NCBI GenBank assembly: GCA_034434655.1
Contig: DAOTYR010000147.1
Span: forward strand, 1-45,220
Source of the DNA: Chloroflexaceae bacterium
GTDB taxonomy: Bacteria; Chloroflexota; Chloroflexia; Chloroflexales; Chloroflexaceae
DNA: 45,220 nucleotides
Direction: 5' to 3'
The position numbers and the translations under genes were made by a program. Positions 33,617-43,735 of this stretch are shown here, piece after piece. Positions within the stretch are counted from its first letter, which is position 1; every line of letters starts with the position of its first letter. Below the pieces are notes generated by a model. The model was given only the letters and a program-made list of their open reading frames with translations, was not told the origin of the DNA and made no database searches.

Positions 33617-34726
33617 CTACGGACTGGTAGGCGTCGGAAAGACCGGTTGCTCGTCCGTAGCGATAAGTTCATCCTCGCGCACCCAGCCGACCACGCGCGC
33701 GTCACCGGCGCGCACAAACGCCTGATAATAGCCGTCGAGCTTATCGAACGGCACGATGCGCGCCCCTTCCCCGGCGCGCAGCAGGACACGGGCATCGTCA
33801 CGAGGCGCGGCGCGCACCGCCGCGCCCGCGGCCACCGCTCGCATCACCGGGTAATCGGGCGGCAGCAAGGCCGCTCCGTCATGGGGATCGCGCTGGCGGA
33901 GGTACGCGAGCACGCCATCGGCAATTCCGCGAGCCACGCGCTCAGGCTGCCCAAAAAGCACCGCGCGGTCAGCGGCGCTGGTCATAAAGCCCATTTCGAT
34001 GATGATCGCCGGGGTGGTGCGGGCGATGGCGTGCTGGTAGCGGCGGTAGCTAAAGGCGTAGTAGCCCTTCATGTTAAAGGTGACGCCGCCGCTGTCCTGC
34101 GGGAGACCCGTGGCGGGGCCGTAGGCGGCGGCCACGGCGTCCATCAACGCCCGGGAAGCGGCGGAGGCGCGCCAGGGAGTGGCCAGTTTCCAGCCCCGGG
34201 CGGTGGGGCCGCTCGAGCCGTCGGCGTGAATGGCGATGAAGGCGTCGGCATCGTAGCCCGGCGGCACAGTGGCGGGGAGAATATCAACCATCACGCCCTG
34301 GGCTTCCAGCAAGGGCTTGACGCGGTTGGCGATGGCGAGGTTCAGTTCGGCCTCGGTAACGTTGCCCCAACGGGCGCCCGTAGAGGTGCGTAGACGGGCC
34401 AGTTCCTCGGGAAGTTCGTCTGAGCGCAGGTGGCCTGCCTGGAGACCAATCCGCGGCGGCGTGCCCGGAGGACGAGGGGTCGGCGTGGCGGAGAGGGCGG
34501 TCGCCCTTGTCGCCGGCGCAGGCGCCGCTGTCGGCGATGCAACCCCGCCGGGGACAGGCCGGGCAACCGCGCCGCGCGCGGTCGAGGTCGCGGCGGGCAG
34601 CGTAGGGGGCGCTGGCGTGACCGGCGCCGGAGGGGCCGCGCGGGCAGCGACGCACGCCGAGAGGAGCAACGTTAGAGCCAGCAGGAGCAGCGGCGCAACG
34701 GGGCGCCGGTTCGGTCGTTTGGACAT
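33617..34726 (-). CDS. N-acetylmuramoyl-L-alanine amidase (Amidase_3 type) lipoprotein with a C-terminal SH3-like region
   Basis: A lipobox LLLSAC is present. The core reads GLQAGH...EAELNLAIANRVKPLLEAQGVMVDIL...DAFIAIHADGS. GAGGAAA lies 6 nt upstream of the start. Confidence 0.8.
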   Translation of the reverse strand: MSKRPNRRPVAPLLLLALTLLLSACVAARAAPPAPVTPAPPTLPAATSTARGAVARPVPGGVASPTAAPAPATRATALSATPTPRPPGTPPRIGLQAGHLRSDELPEELARLRTSTGARWGNVTEAELNLAIANRVKPLLEAQGVMVDILPATVPPGYDADAFIAIHADGSSGPTARGWKLATPWRASAASRALMDAVAAAYGPATGLPQDSGGVTFNMKGYYAFSYRRYQHAIARTTPAIIIEMGFMTSAADRAVLFGQPERVARGIADGVLAYLRQRDPHDGAALLPPDYPVMRAVAAGAAVRAAPRDDARVLLRAGEGARIVPFDKLDGYYQAFVRAGDARVVGWVREDELIATDEQPVFPTPTSP

Positions 34727-34794
34727 GTGCGGTTTCCTCGGATATGATGTAAACCTGGCCAGCGACAGGATGCTGGAGAGCTGCGCGCTTTCAG

Positions 34795-34897
34795 TATACC
34801 TTGAGTGGGAAACCGGGTTTCCCCATCCCCCTGCGGGGGCGGGGCGTGGGGAAACCCGGTTTCCCTACACCCTTCTCCGAGAGCTTATTTTCACGTT
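34795..34897. repeat. Mosaic palindromic repeat abutting the lysZ/argB start
   Basis: gggaaaccgggtttcccc lies at 34807-34824 and ggggaaacccggtttccc at 34847-34864. The end module cttattttcacgttag finishes 13 nt before the ATG. Confidence 0.85.
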
Positions 34898-34908
34898 AGA
34901 GGCCTGCC

Positions 34909-35707
<799 letters not shown>

Positions 35708-35712
<5 letters not shown>

Positions 35713-35925
35713 CGTGAACATGGGGGAACCTGGTTCCCCCATACCCCCGTTTTCATCGGGCGGTGTGCGGCGCAGCCGCATGGACGGCTAAGGTGAACAT
35801 ACGCCCTTGGCGAGGGGAATGGGGAAACCGGGTTTCCCCATTCCCCCACCCGCGGGAGGGTTTGGGAGGGCACAGCCCCTGCGCAGGGGGAGGGGGAAAC
35901 CCGGTTTCCCCCCTTCTCTCACCCG
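35708..35925. repeat. Mosaic palindromic repeat cluster
   Basis: ctgacgtgaac overlaps the stop codon of the upstream gene. Perfect palindromes lie at 35720-35742 (atgggggaacctggttcccccat) and 35818-35842 (aatggggaaaccgggtttccccatt). ggggaaacccggtttcccc lies at 35893-35911. Confidence 0.85.
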
Positions 35926-35953
35926 GTATGAACAGGTACCACCAGAAACACAG

Positions 35954-35983
35954 TTGCCAAGTGGTATGCCCCATCACTATAAT
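35954..35983 (+). promoter_or_regulatory. Candidate sigma70-type promoter (TTGCCA - 18 nt - TATAAT) upstream of the kinase operon
   Basis: TTGCCA lies at 35954-35959 and TATAAT at 35978-35983, about 83 nt upstream of the ATG at 36066. It is a conspicuous AT-rich box in GC-rich DNA. Confidence 0.5.
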
Positions 35984-36065
35984 GGTTCCCAGCGTAGCAA
36001 TACGCGCCCGCTGTTCCCTCCTGATCATTCGTGGCGCAGGCTTGCCCGGCCCGTAGAGGTTAACG

Positions 36066-38126
36066 ATGGGTCTGATCAAGAAAGTTGGCACGAAAGCCTT
36101 CAGCGTTCCCTCCGCTGAGAGTGTCTCTGGATCACCGCCCGAGGAGGGAACGCGAACCTTTGCCGGTGGCGCTGCCGCCGATGAGAGCGCCCCCGCGATC
36201 CGCCCCGAGGGTTCCGCCGACGCGGGCGCCAGCACCGGCGCCCGGCACACTGGCGCGCCAGGCGCGCCGCGAAGCCCCACGGCCATGCCCCTCCTCTCGG
36301 CTGGCACCGTGCTCCAGGGCCGCTACCAGATCGAAGAGGCGATCGGTATCGGCGGCATGAGCCTGGTCTATCGCGGACGGGACCTGCGCTTCAAGGACGT
36401 GGTGCGCTACTGCGCGATCAAAGAAATGGCCCAGAGCGCCCCGGACTCGCACACGCGCCTGCTCAACTTGAAGAACTTCGAGCGCGAGGCGGGTCTGCTG
36501 GCAACCTTGCAGCATCCGGCCATTCCCAGGGTCTATGACTTTTTCGAGGAAAACGGGCACGTGTACCTGGTGATGGAACTGGTCAAGGGCAAGGACATGG
36601 AGACGATCCTCGAAGAGGCGGGCAAGCCCCTCGACGAGGCGCGGGTGGGGCGCTGGGCCGTGCAGATCTGCGACGTGCTGGCCTACCTCCACAACCACAA
36701 ACCTCAGCCAATCGTGTTCCGCGACATGAAGCCGTCCAACATCATGGTGATCGAGGACGATCGGATCGTGCTGATCGACTTCGGCATTGCGCGCACCCTC
36801 AATCGCAGCGACCGCAAGGGCACCATGATCGGCACCGAGGGTTACTCGCCTCCCGAGCAGTACCGCGGTATCGCCGAGCCGGTGGGTGACATCTACGCCC
36901 TCGGCGCAACGCTGCACCACCTGCTCACCAATACCGATCCGCGCCTGGAAACGCCCTTCACCTTCCACGAACGGCCGGTGCGCCAGCTTAACCCCGCTGT
37001 CTCGCCCGAGATGGAGGCGGTGATCGTCAAGGCGATCGAGTACGATATGGAGGCGCGCTGGCAGAGCGCCGAGGAGTTGAAACGCGCCTTGCTGGCCGTG
37101 CCGGGCATCGGCGAGACGCCGGTCGCTCCCCGCGCCGCCGCGCCGGCGGTGATCAAGGGCGCCGCCAGCACCAGCCTGGTCTGGAGCTTCGCCTGCGAAG
37201 ATGAGGTGCGCTCGTCACCCTGCGTCGCCGGGGGCATGCTCTTTATTGGTTCGTATGACCACAATCTCTACGCCCTGGACGCCGGGCGCGGCGAGTTCCG
37301 CTGGAAGTATGCCACCGAGGCGGGCATCAGTTCCTCCCCGGCAGTCTGGCAGGATAACGTCATTGTGGGTTCCGAAGATGGCGCGGTCTACTGCTGCGAT
37401 ATGCGCCGCGGTAGCCTGCGCTGGACCTTCCGTACCCCGAAGCCGGTGCGCTCCTCGCCGCGCATCGAGGACCGGGTGGTGTTTATCGGCTCCGATGACC
37501 AGCACGTCTACGCCCTTGATGGGTTGCGGGGCACGCTGATCTGGAAGTATCGCACCTGGAACCCCATTCGCTCGTCGGCATGCCTTGCCGGCGAGCGGAT
37601 CTTCATCGGCGGCGATGATGGGCACGTCTACTGCCTCGATGCGCGCAGCGGGGGCGTGAAGTGGAAACAGCGCACCCAGATGCCGGTGCGCTCCTCGCCG
37701 GCTATCGGCGAGGGCCTGGTCTACGTCGGCTCGCTCGACCAGAACCTCTACGCCCTGGACGCGGAGGGCGGCTGGCCGGCCTGGCGTTTCCGCACCGGCC
37801 ATTATGTCAACTCTTCGCCGTGCGTGGTGGGCACCCGCGTCTTCGTTGGCGGGGTAGACGGGTTCTTCTATGCCCTCGATGCCAAGACGGGCCGCCTGGC
37901 CTGGAAGCACGAGGTCGGCAGCCAGATCACCTCCTCGCCGCGGGTCGAGGCCGGTCGGGTGTACTTTGGCGCCGTGGACGGCTGCGTCTACTGCCTCGAT
38001 GCCGGCCAGGGCAACCTGATCTGGAAGTTCTCCACCGGCGGCGCAGTGGTCTCATCGCCGGCCGTCGCCGAGGGGGTGGTGTATATCGGCTCGATGGATC
38101 AGAAGGTGTATGCGCTGAAAGCGTAA
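36066..38126 (+). CDS. Ser/Thr protein kinase with a C-terminal PQQ-like beta-propeller repeat domain
   Basis: Kinase motifs are GIGGMSLVYRG, CAIKEM, IVFRDMKPSNIM, IDFGIAR and GTEGYSPPE. Repeats of the type SSP.V.....VY.GS.D...YALDA occur about 8 times. Confidence 0.88.
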   Translation: MGLIKKVGTKAFSVPSAESVSGSPPEEGTRTFAGGAAADESAPAIRPEGSADAGASTGARHTGAPGAPRSPTAMPLLSAGTVLQGRYQIEEAIGIGGMSLVYRGRDLRFKDVVRYCAIKEMAQSAPDSHTRLLNLKNFEREAGLLATLQHPAIPRVYDFFEENGHVYLVMELVKGKDMETILEEAGKPLDEARVGRWAVQICDVLAYLHNHKPQPIVFRDMKPSNIMVIEDDRIVLIDFGIARTLNRSDRKGTMIGTEGYSPPEQYRGIAEPVGDIYALGATLHHLLTNTDPRLETPFTFHERPVRQLNPAVSPEMEAVIVKAIEYDMEARWQSAEELKRALLAVPGIGETPVAPRAAAPAVIKGAASTSLVWSFACEDEVRSSPCVAGGMLFIGSYDHNLYALDAGRGEFRWKYATEAGISSSPAVWQDNVIVGSEDGAVYCCDMRRGSLRWTFRTPKPVRSSPRIEDRVVFIGSDDQHVYALDGLRGTLIWKYRTWNPIRSSACLAGERIFIGGDDGHVYCLDARSGGVKWKQRTQMPVRSSPAIGEGLVYVGSLDQNLYALDAEGGWPAWRFRTGHYVNSSPCVVGTRVFVGGVDGFFYALDAKTGRLAWKHEVGSQITSSPRVEAGRVYFGAVDGCVYCLDAGQGNLIWKFSTGGAVVSSPAVAEGVVYIGSMDQKVYALKA

Positions 38127-38169
38127 GCCATGGGTTCAGTAGAGCTATGCGCTATGCTCCCGTCGCGTG

Positions 38170-38255
38170 CCGAACCGCCCCTCCCTCACTCTCCCCCGCC
38201 GGGGGAGGGGATCAGGCTCCTCCCCCCGGCGGGGGGAGGCTAGAAGGGGGGCGGA
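38170..38255. repeat. GC-rich hairpin repeat
   Basis: The sequence ccgcccctccctcactctcccccgccgggggaggg...ctcctccccccggcggggggaggc is the same module found in the 190-bp units. Confidence 0.8.
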
Positions 38256-38311
38256 ACGCTGCGAACGGTACATTTCCTACGAACCATCTTCCCTGAGCGG
38301 TCGGAGTTGCT

Positions 38312-39409
38312 ATGATCCGTTTCCGCAAGCTGTTCTATCCCGACGATACCGACTTCCCCGCAGGTGGGAGCAACGATGCCCACCCCATCGCTGACCCGCC
38401 GCCAGACGAGCCGCCCTGGTGGAGCAGCGAGGATCCCCCTCCCGCCGGGAGCGTTCCGGAACCTCCTTCTGCGGAGACGGTCCAGGCACCGGAAACGCCC
38501 TCCGATCCGGCGAAGGCGCCCACCCGCCCCTTTCAGCCGCCCCCTGACCCCGGCGAGACCCACCCGGAGCCTTCGACCCACTACCTCGACGCCGATAGCG
38601 CCCCCGCGGTGTGCGCGCGGCGCTCCACACAGGGCCTGGCCGTCGCTGCGGCCCGCGACGTCGGGCGGGTGCGCGAGAATAACCAGGACAGCAGCTTCGC
38701 CATGCTGGCCTCGCTCCCCCGCGAGAACGGCGATGTCTGTGTCGGGCTGTTCATCGTCGCCGATGGCATGGGCGGGCACCAGGGCGGCGAACTGGCCAGC
38801 CGGCTGGCCGTTCGCACCGTGGTGAACCACGTGCTCAGCCAGCTCATTCTGCCTGCCCTCGACGACAGCGCCACCGAGGCCCTGCAGCCGCTGATGGTCT
38901 CGGCGGTGCAGGCCGCCAACCAGGCTATCTGGGACGCGGCTCAGGCCCTGGGCAGCGACATGGGCACTACCTGCACGGCGGCCCTGCTCGTTGGCCACAG
39001 CCTCTACATCGCCCATGTGGGCGACAGCCGCGCCTATCTCTTCGAGCCAGGCGGCTTGCGGCCCCTCACGACCGATCACTCGACGGTTGGGCGGCTGATC
39101 CAGCTCGGCCAGCTCGATCCCCTCGAAGCCCGCGAGCACCCGCTGCGCAACCAGTTGTACCGCACCGTCGGGCAGCAGCCGCACGTGCCTGTGGACTTCA
39201 TCTACCAACCCGTCGGCCAGAGTTCGCACCTGCTGCTCTGCTCCGACGGCCTGTGGAGCCTGGTGGACGAAGGGGCCATGGAACGGGCCTTGAGCCAGTG
39301 CCGGTGGCCCCAGGATGCCTGTGACGAACTGGTCGCCCTGGCCAACCTGGCCGGGGGCGACGACAATATCTCGGCGATTGTGGTAACCCTACCGCGCACG
39401 GAGCAGTGA
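38312..39409 (+). CDS. PP2C-family Ser/Thr protein phosphatase with a Pro-rich N-terminal extension
   Basis: GRVRENNQDS, LFIVADGMGGHQGGELAS, GTTCTAALL, AHVGDSRAY, LLCSDGLW and GGDDNISAIVV are present. Confidence 0.88.
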   Translation: MIRFRKLFYPDDTDFPAGGSNDAHPIADPPPDEPPWWSSEDPPPAGSVPEPPSAETVQAPETPSDPAKAPTRPFQPPPDPGETHPEPSTHYLDADSAPAVCARRSTQGLAVAAARDVGRVRENNQDSSFAMLASLPRENGDVCVGLFIVADGMGGHQGGELASRLAVRTVVNHVLSQLILPALDDSATEALQPLMVSAVQAANQAIWDAAQALGSDMGTTCTAALLVGHSLYIAHVGDSRAYLFEPGGLRPLTTDHSTVGRLIQLGQLDPLEAREHPLRNQLYRTVGQQPHVPVDFIYQPVGQSSHLLLCSDGLWSLVDEGAMERALSQCRWPQDACDELVALANLAGGDDNISAIVVTLPRTEQ

Positions 39410-39411
39410 CT

Positions 39412-40668
39412 ATGGGCCCAGGCATCTCCCTCCGCGTGACCCTTAGTCGCAACGTGCTCCCGGCGAGCAGCGAGCCGCAATTGCTCTATGCGCTGCTCGA
39501 ACTGACCGCCCAGGGGCTGCCGGCGACCTTGCCGAAGCTGCCCTTGAACCTCTGCCTGGTGATCGATCGGAGCTCCTCGATGCGCGGTGAACGGCTCCAG
39601 CAGGTGAAAGAGGCCGCCGGGCGCATCGTGGAGATGCTCGATCCCGACGATTACTTCGCCCTGGTCACCTTCAACGACCGGGCCGAAGTGGTCGTTCCAG
39701 CGCAGCGGGCGCGCAACCGCAACGACCTGAAGCGCCAGATCGGCATGATCGAGGCCGCCGGGGGCACCGAGATGGCGACCGGTATGGCCCTGGCACTCCA
39801 GGAGATCCAGAAACCGGTGCAGGGGCGCAGTGTCAGCCGCATTCTTCTGCTGACCGATGGGCGCACCTATGGCGACGAGGGCCGCTGCGTCGAGATCGCC
39901 CGTCGCGCCCAGAACCGCGGCATCGGCCTGACGGCCCTGGGCATCGGCAACGAGTGGAACGAGGATCTGCTCGAAACTATGGCCGCCCACGAGAGCAGCC
40001 GCACCCAGTTTATTACCTCGGCGGCGGAGATCAGCACGATCTTTACTGAGGAGGTCAAACGCATGTCCTCCACCTTCGCCCAGGACATGGCCCTGCGCTG
40101 CGAGGCGCGCCCCGGCGCGCTGCTGCGTTCGGTCGATCGGGTGCGCCCGTTCATCGCTAACATTCAGGCGCTGGAGGAACGTGAACTGCTCTGGAAGGCG
40201 CCCCTGGGCGACTGGTCGGGGGCCGATCCGCAGGCCCTGTTGCTCGAGGTGGTGGCGCCGCCCCTGGGCACCGGCGACCACCCCCTGCTGCGCCTGAACC
40301 TGACCTACAACCTCCCCGGCATGAACCTGATGCACCAGCAGGGCGAACTGGTCCTGCGGGTCGCCGTGCGCTCCGCCGACAGCGTCAGTTACGAGGTCGA
40401 TCCGACGGTCAAACACTGGCTCGAACGGCTGGTGGCCTATCGGCTGCAGGCCCGCGCCTGGCAGGACGTCGCCGACGGCAAGATCGAGGAAGCGACGCGC
40501 CGCCTGCAGATGGCCGGCACGCGCCTGTTCGAGGCCGGCGAAACCGAACTGGCACGCACCGTGCAGGAGGAAGCCACGCGCCTGCTGCGCTCGGGCAACG
40601 CCAGCGCCGAAGGACGCAAACGCATTAAGTACGGCACGCGCGGGTTGATGGGGCCCGGGGAAGGATGA
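39412..40668 (+). CDS. von Willebrand factor type A (vWA) domain protein
   Basis: The MIDAS motif is LVIDRSSSM. LVTFNDRAEV, AGGTEMATG and ILLLTDGRTYGDE are present. The ATG at 39412 has GGAG 9 nt upstream. An alternative GTG at 39406 overlaps the PP2C stop. Confidence 0.8.
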   Translation: MGPGISLRVTLSRNVLPASSEPQLLYALLELTAQGLPATLPKLPLNLCLVIDRSSSMRGERLQQVKEAAGRIVEMLDPDDYFALVTFNDRAEVVVPAQRARNRNDLKRQIGMIEAAGGTEMATGMALALQEIQKPVQGRSVSRILLLTDGRTYGDEGRCVEIARRAQNRGIGLTALGIGNEWNEDLLETMAAHESSRTQFITSAAEISTIFTEEVKRMSSTFAQDMALRCEARPGALLRSVDRVRPFIANIQALEERELLWKAPLGDWSGADPQALLLEVVAPPLGTGDHPLLRLNLTYNLPGMNLMHQQGELVLRVAVRSADSVSYEVDPTVKHWLERLVAYRLQARAWQDVADGKIEEATRRLQMAGTRLFEAGETELARTVQEEATRLLRSGNASAEGRKRIKYGTRGLMGPGEG

Positions 40669-40773
40669 GCCTGCGGTTTTGGGGCAAGGTTGTTCGTCCC
40701 TTCAGGCTCAAGCGAACGAACGCTTGGCGCGGCGAACGCTAGTTCGCCCACCGAGGCGCCACCGGAGGCAGGT

Positions 40774-41295
40774 ATGCAGCGATGTACGCACTGTAACGCG
40801 CAACAACTTGACGGGGCGATTTTCTGCTCGGAGTGCGGCGCCAGTTTACTCGGCAGCCCGCAGCGCCGTGAGACCACCGCTTCCCTCAACCGGGCCGCGG
40901 CCACGGGCGAAGCGACGGCCTTCGAGATGAGCGAGCCGCTGGTGATCGACGCGCCAGCCGTGAGCGTGGCCCCGAGCCTGACCCTGGTGGTGATCAACAG
41001 CGGCAGGCGCATCACCCTTGAGGCCGTTGATAACCTGCTCATCGGTCGCAAGGACAACCAGCGGGGGATCTACCCCGACGTGGATCTGGGCCTCGACGGC
41101 GGCTATGATGCCGGCGTCTCCCGCCGCCACGCCATGATCTCGTTGCAGAACGGCACTTACTGCATCGAAGATCTGGCCAGCGCCAATGGCACGTTCGTCA
41201 ATGGACGGCGTCTGCCGCCACAGGAGGCCTGCCCCATTCGCCCCGGCGATGAGTTGAAGCTCGGCACGTTGCTGCTGCGTTTCGAAGTGGGATAA
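40774..41295 (+). CDS. Zinc-ribbon plus FHA domain protein
   Basis: The zinc ribbon reads MQRCTHCNAQQLDGAIFCSECGASL. The FHA core reads IGRKD...DVDL....GVSRRHA.I......YCIEDLASANGTFVNGRRL. GGAGG lies 5 nt upstream of the ATG at 40774. Confidence 0.8.
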   Translation: MQRCTHCNAQQLDGAIFCSECGASLLGSPQRRETTASLNRAAATGEATAFEMSEPLVIDAPAVSVAPSLTLVVINSGRRITLEAVDNLLIGRKDNQRGIYPDVDLGLDGGYDAGVSRRHAMISLQNGTYCIEDLASANGTFVNGRRLPPQEACPIRPGDELKLGTLLLRFEVG

Positions 41296-41790
41296 GTGAC
41301 AGGACGCGCGCGGTGGAAGGGTGCGGGGAGGCTGCGCCTCCCCGCGTACGCCCCGCCCCCGCCCGCGGCGGCCCGATGGTTCGTGGAGGGCCTGCCGTCC
41401 TCCACCCCTCCCCGCCGGGAGGCGACCGCGTAATACCAAATCCAGTTGGCAGTTCCGCATTGTCGTTGCCGTCATCGCTCATCGTGACGCCATGCGCGGC
41501 AATCTGCAATCCAAAATCTGCAATCGGAAATGGTATAAGTCCTGTCAAATAAGCGCATCGGCGCTTCAGCCCCTCTCCCAACCTCCCCCCGCTGAGGGGA
41601 GGAGCCACGCTCCCGCCCCCGGCGAGGAAAGGCAGGAGAGGGGTGTGGGGAAACCAGGTTTCCCCCTCCCCTGCGGATGCGGGCCTCCGGCCCGCGCACC
41701 CGGACCCCGGCCCCTGGGAGAGGGTTTGTGAAGACTGCGCCCTCGCAGGAACAATCGTATGTTCATCCCGTTGGGGTGCGGTATTGCCGG
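41296..41790. repeat. Intergenic mosaic repeats (with heptad motif copy B embedded)
   Basis: A hairpin gcggggaggc-tgc-gcctccccgc lies at 41323-41345. ggggaaaccaggtttcccc lies at 41647-41665. gcgggcctccggcccgc and gactgcgccctc are also present. Confidence 0.8.
41498..41539 (+). promoter_or_regulatory. Heptad AATCNNN motif ending in TGGTATAAG, copy B
   Basis: The sequence is ggc aatctgc aatccaa aatctgc aatcgga aatggta taag. Confidence 0.4.
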
Positions 41791-41823
41791 CAATCTAAAA
41801 TCTACAATCCGAAATGGTATCAG
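41789..41823 (+). promoter_or_regulatory. Heptad AATCNNN motif ending in TGGTATCAG, copy C. It is the likely promoter of the small downstream gene.
   Basis: The sequence is ggc aatctaa aatctac aatccga aatggta tcag. The box ends 14 nt before the GAGGAG RBS (41838-41843) and 28 nt before the GTG at 41852. Confidence 0.45.
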
Positions 41824-41851
41824 GCCTCTTTTCACCTGAGGAGTGTCATCC

Positions 41852-42097
41852 GTGGCCAAGACCGTCATTCTGCACCTGACCGGCGAGGACCCGCTGCTGG
41901 CCGAGATCGAGGCCGAACCGCAGCCGGGAGATCAGTTTATCCGCGTCTTCAACATGCGCAAGCGCGATGGCAAGCCGGTGAACTACCTGGCCGCCGGCGT
42001 ACAGGCAGTGATCTTTCCCTGGCACCGTATCACCTTCATTGAGTTGATGCCCAGCGAGGAAGAGCGCAGCTCGGTGATCGACTTCTTCCGCTCGTAA
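41852..42097 (+). CDS. Small hypothetical protein (about 81 aa)
   Basis: The sequence reads (M)AKTVILHLTGEDPLLAEIEAEPQPGDQFIRVFNMRKRDGKPVNYL... and is non-repetitive. GAGGAG lies 8 nt upstream of the GTG at 41852; the ORF track starts at the GTG at 41843. The family is not recognised. Confidence 0.5.
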   Translation: MAKTVILHLTGEDPLLAEIEAEPQPGDQFIRVFNMRKRDGKPVNYLAAGVQAVIFPWHRITFIELMPSEEERSSVIDFFRS

Positions 42098-42366
42098 GGG
42101 GCTGCGCCCTCCCAAACCCTCCTGCGGGCGGGGGAATGGGGAACCCGGGTTTCCCCATTCCCCTGCCCCAGCAGCCTATTTTCACGTCAGCCGTCCATGC
42201 GGCTCCGCCGCGCACCGACGGGATGAACATACTTCTTGGGAGGGCTGCGCCCTCCCAAACCCTCCCAGGGGGCGGGGCCTGGGTGCGCGGGCCTCCGGCC
42301 CGCGTCCGCTGAGGTATGGGGAACCCGGGTTTCCCACCCCCCTCTTCGAGAGTCTATTTTCACGTC
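42098..42366. repeat. Mosaic palindromic repeats
   Basis: gaatggggaacccgggtttccccattc lies at 42134-42160. The tattttcacgtcag end module occurs twice. The ccgtccatgcgg...gggatgaacatacttcttgggagggctgcgccctccc module is present. Confidence 0.85.
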
Positions 42367-42416
42367 AGGTGCATACCCTGTCCCGGTCTAACCTGCAAAC
42401 GGATAGGAAACAGCCT

Positions 42417-43370
42417 ATGATCGAGTACTCCGGACACGCCGGCGCCGCGGGTCGGCTCCAACGCAGCGAACTGTTCGTGCCCGCCTCGCGCTGGGCCATG
42501 ATCGAAAAGGCGGCCCGCAGCGCCGCCGACGCGGTGTGCATTGACCTCGAGGATGCCGTCGCCCCCGCGGACAAGGACACCGCCCGGGCCAACGTGGCCC
42601 GCGCCTTTCGCGAACTCGACTTCGGGCCGCGCCTGCGCTCCTTCCGCATCAATGGCCTTGACACCCCCTTCGCCTACCGCGATCTGATCGAAGTGATCGA
42701 GACGGCCGGCGAGCACGTGGACCTGGTGATGGTGCCCAAGGTGAGCGGGCCGGAGGATATCGCCTTCGTGGACCGGCTGCTCACGCAGATTGAACTGGCG
42801 CGCGGCCTGTCGCGGCGGATCGGCATCGAGGCGCAGATCGAAACGGCGCGGGGCTTTCTCTACATCCGCGAAATCGCTGCGGCCTCGCCCCGGCTGGAGA
42901 CGTTGATCTATGGCCCTGGCGACTATGCGGCAGGGTTGCGGGCGCCCCTGGCGAACGTGGGCGAACGCGATGAGTACGACGCGGCCTACCCCGGCCACCG
43001 CTGGCATGCGATCATGCACGCCATTGTCGCCGCGGCGCGCGCCAACGGCCTGCGCTGTCTCGACGGCCCCTTCGCCGGCCTGCAAGCGCCCGAAGAGTTG
43101 GAACGGGCCAGCCGCGCCGCCAGGGCCCTCGGCTTCGATGGCAAGCAAGCCATCCACCCCGGGCAGTTGGAGGTCATCAACCACGTCTTCGCGCCATCAG
43201 CCGCGGAGGTGGCGCGGGCCGAGGCAGTGTTGCGGGCCTACGCCCAGGCCGTGGCCCAGGGCCGTGGCGTCGTTAGTCTCGATGGCAAAATGATCGATGC
43301 GGTCAACATCCGCATGGCTCAGGTGATCGTCGAGCAACACCGTATGATCCAGCAGCGCGGAGAGCAATAG
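42417..43370 (+). CDS. HpcH/HpaI aldolase / citrate-lyase beta-subunit-like (CitE-family) acyl-CoA lyase
   Basis: RSELFVPASR, DAVCIDLEDAV, DLVMVPKV and IEAQIETA are present, along with the IYGPGDY and GKQAIHPGQL motifs. The ATG at 42417 has AGGAAA 6 nt upstream. Substrate cannot be assigned. Confidence 0.75.
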   Translation: MIEYSGHAGAAGRLQRSELFVPASRWAMIEKAARSAADAVCIDLEDAVAPADKDTARANVARAFRELDFGPRLRSFRINGLDTPFAYRDLIEVIETAGEHVDLVMVPKVSGPEDIAFVDRLLTQIELARGLSRRIGIEAQIETARGFLYIREIAAASPRLETLIYGPGDYAAGLRAPLANVGERDEYDAAYPGHRWHAIMHAIVAAARANGLRCLDGPFAGLQAPEELERASRAARALGFDGKQAIHPGQLEVINHVFAPSAAEVARAEAVLRAYAQAVAQGRGVVSLDGKMIDAVNIRMAQVIVEQHRMIQQRGEQ

Positions 43371-43374
43371 GATC

Positions 43375-43735
43375 CCCGTGTAGCACGGGAGGGCTTTGTC
43401 CTCTGTGGAGGCGCCCGGCGACCCGCTTGCCCCGTCCCCCGCTATGCCGCCGGGCGGCACACCACCCGATGAAAACGGGGGTATGGGGAAACCTGGTTGC
43501 CCCATACCCCTGGTTGAGGACTGCGCCCTCACCCTCCCGCGGGCGGGGGCGTGGGGAAACCCGGGTTCCCCACACCCCTGCGCGCGGGCTGCGCCCTCCC
43601 CAACCCTCCCACTGGCTCGTCTGAGAAAACCCGGGTTCCCCACACCCCTGCGCGCGGGCTGCGCCCTCCCTAACCCTCCCACCGGCTCGTCTGGGAAAAC
43701 CCGGTGTCTCCAGACCCCTCGCCAGGGGACTATTC
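43375..43735. repeat. Mosaic palindromic repeats including an internal ~60-nt direct duplication
   Basis: The unit cccgggttccccacacccctgcgcgcgggctgcgccctccc(c/t)aaccctcccac(t/c)ggctcgtctg occurs twice, at about 43560-43625 and 43630-43695. Confidence 0.8.
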
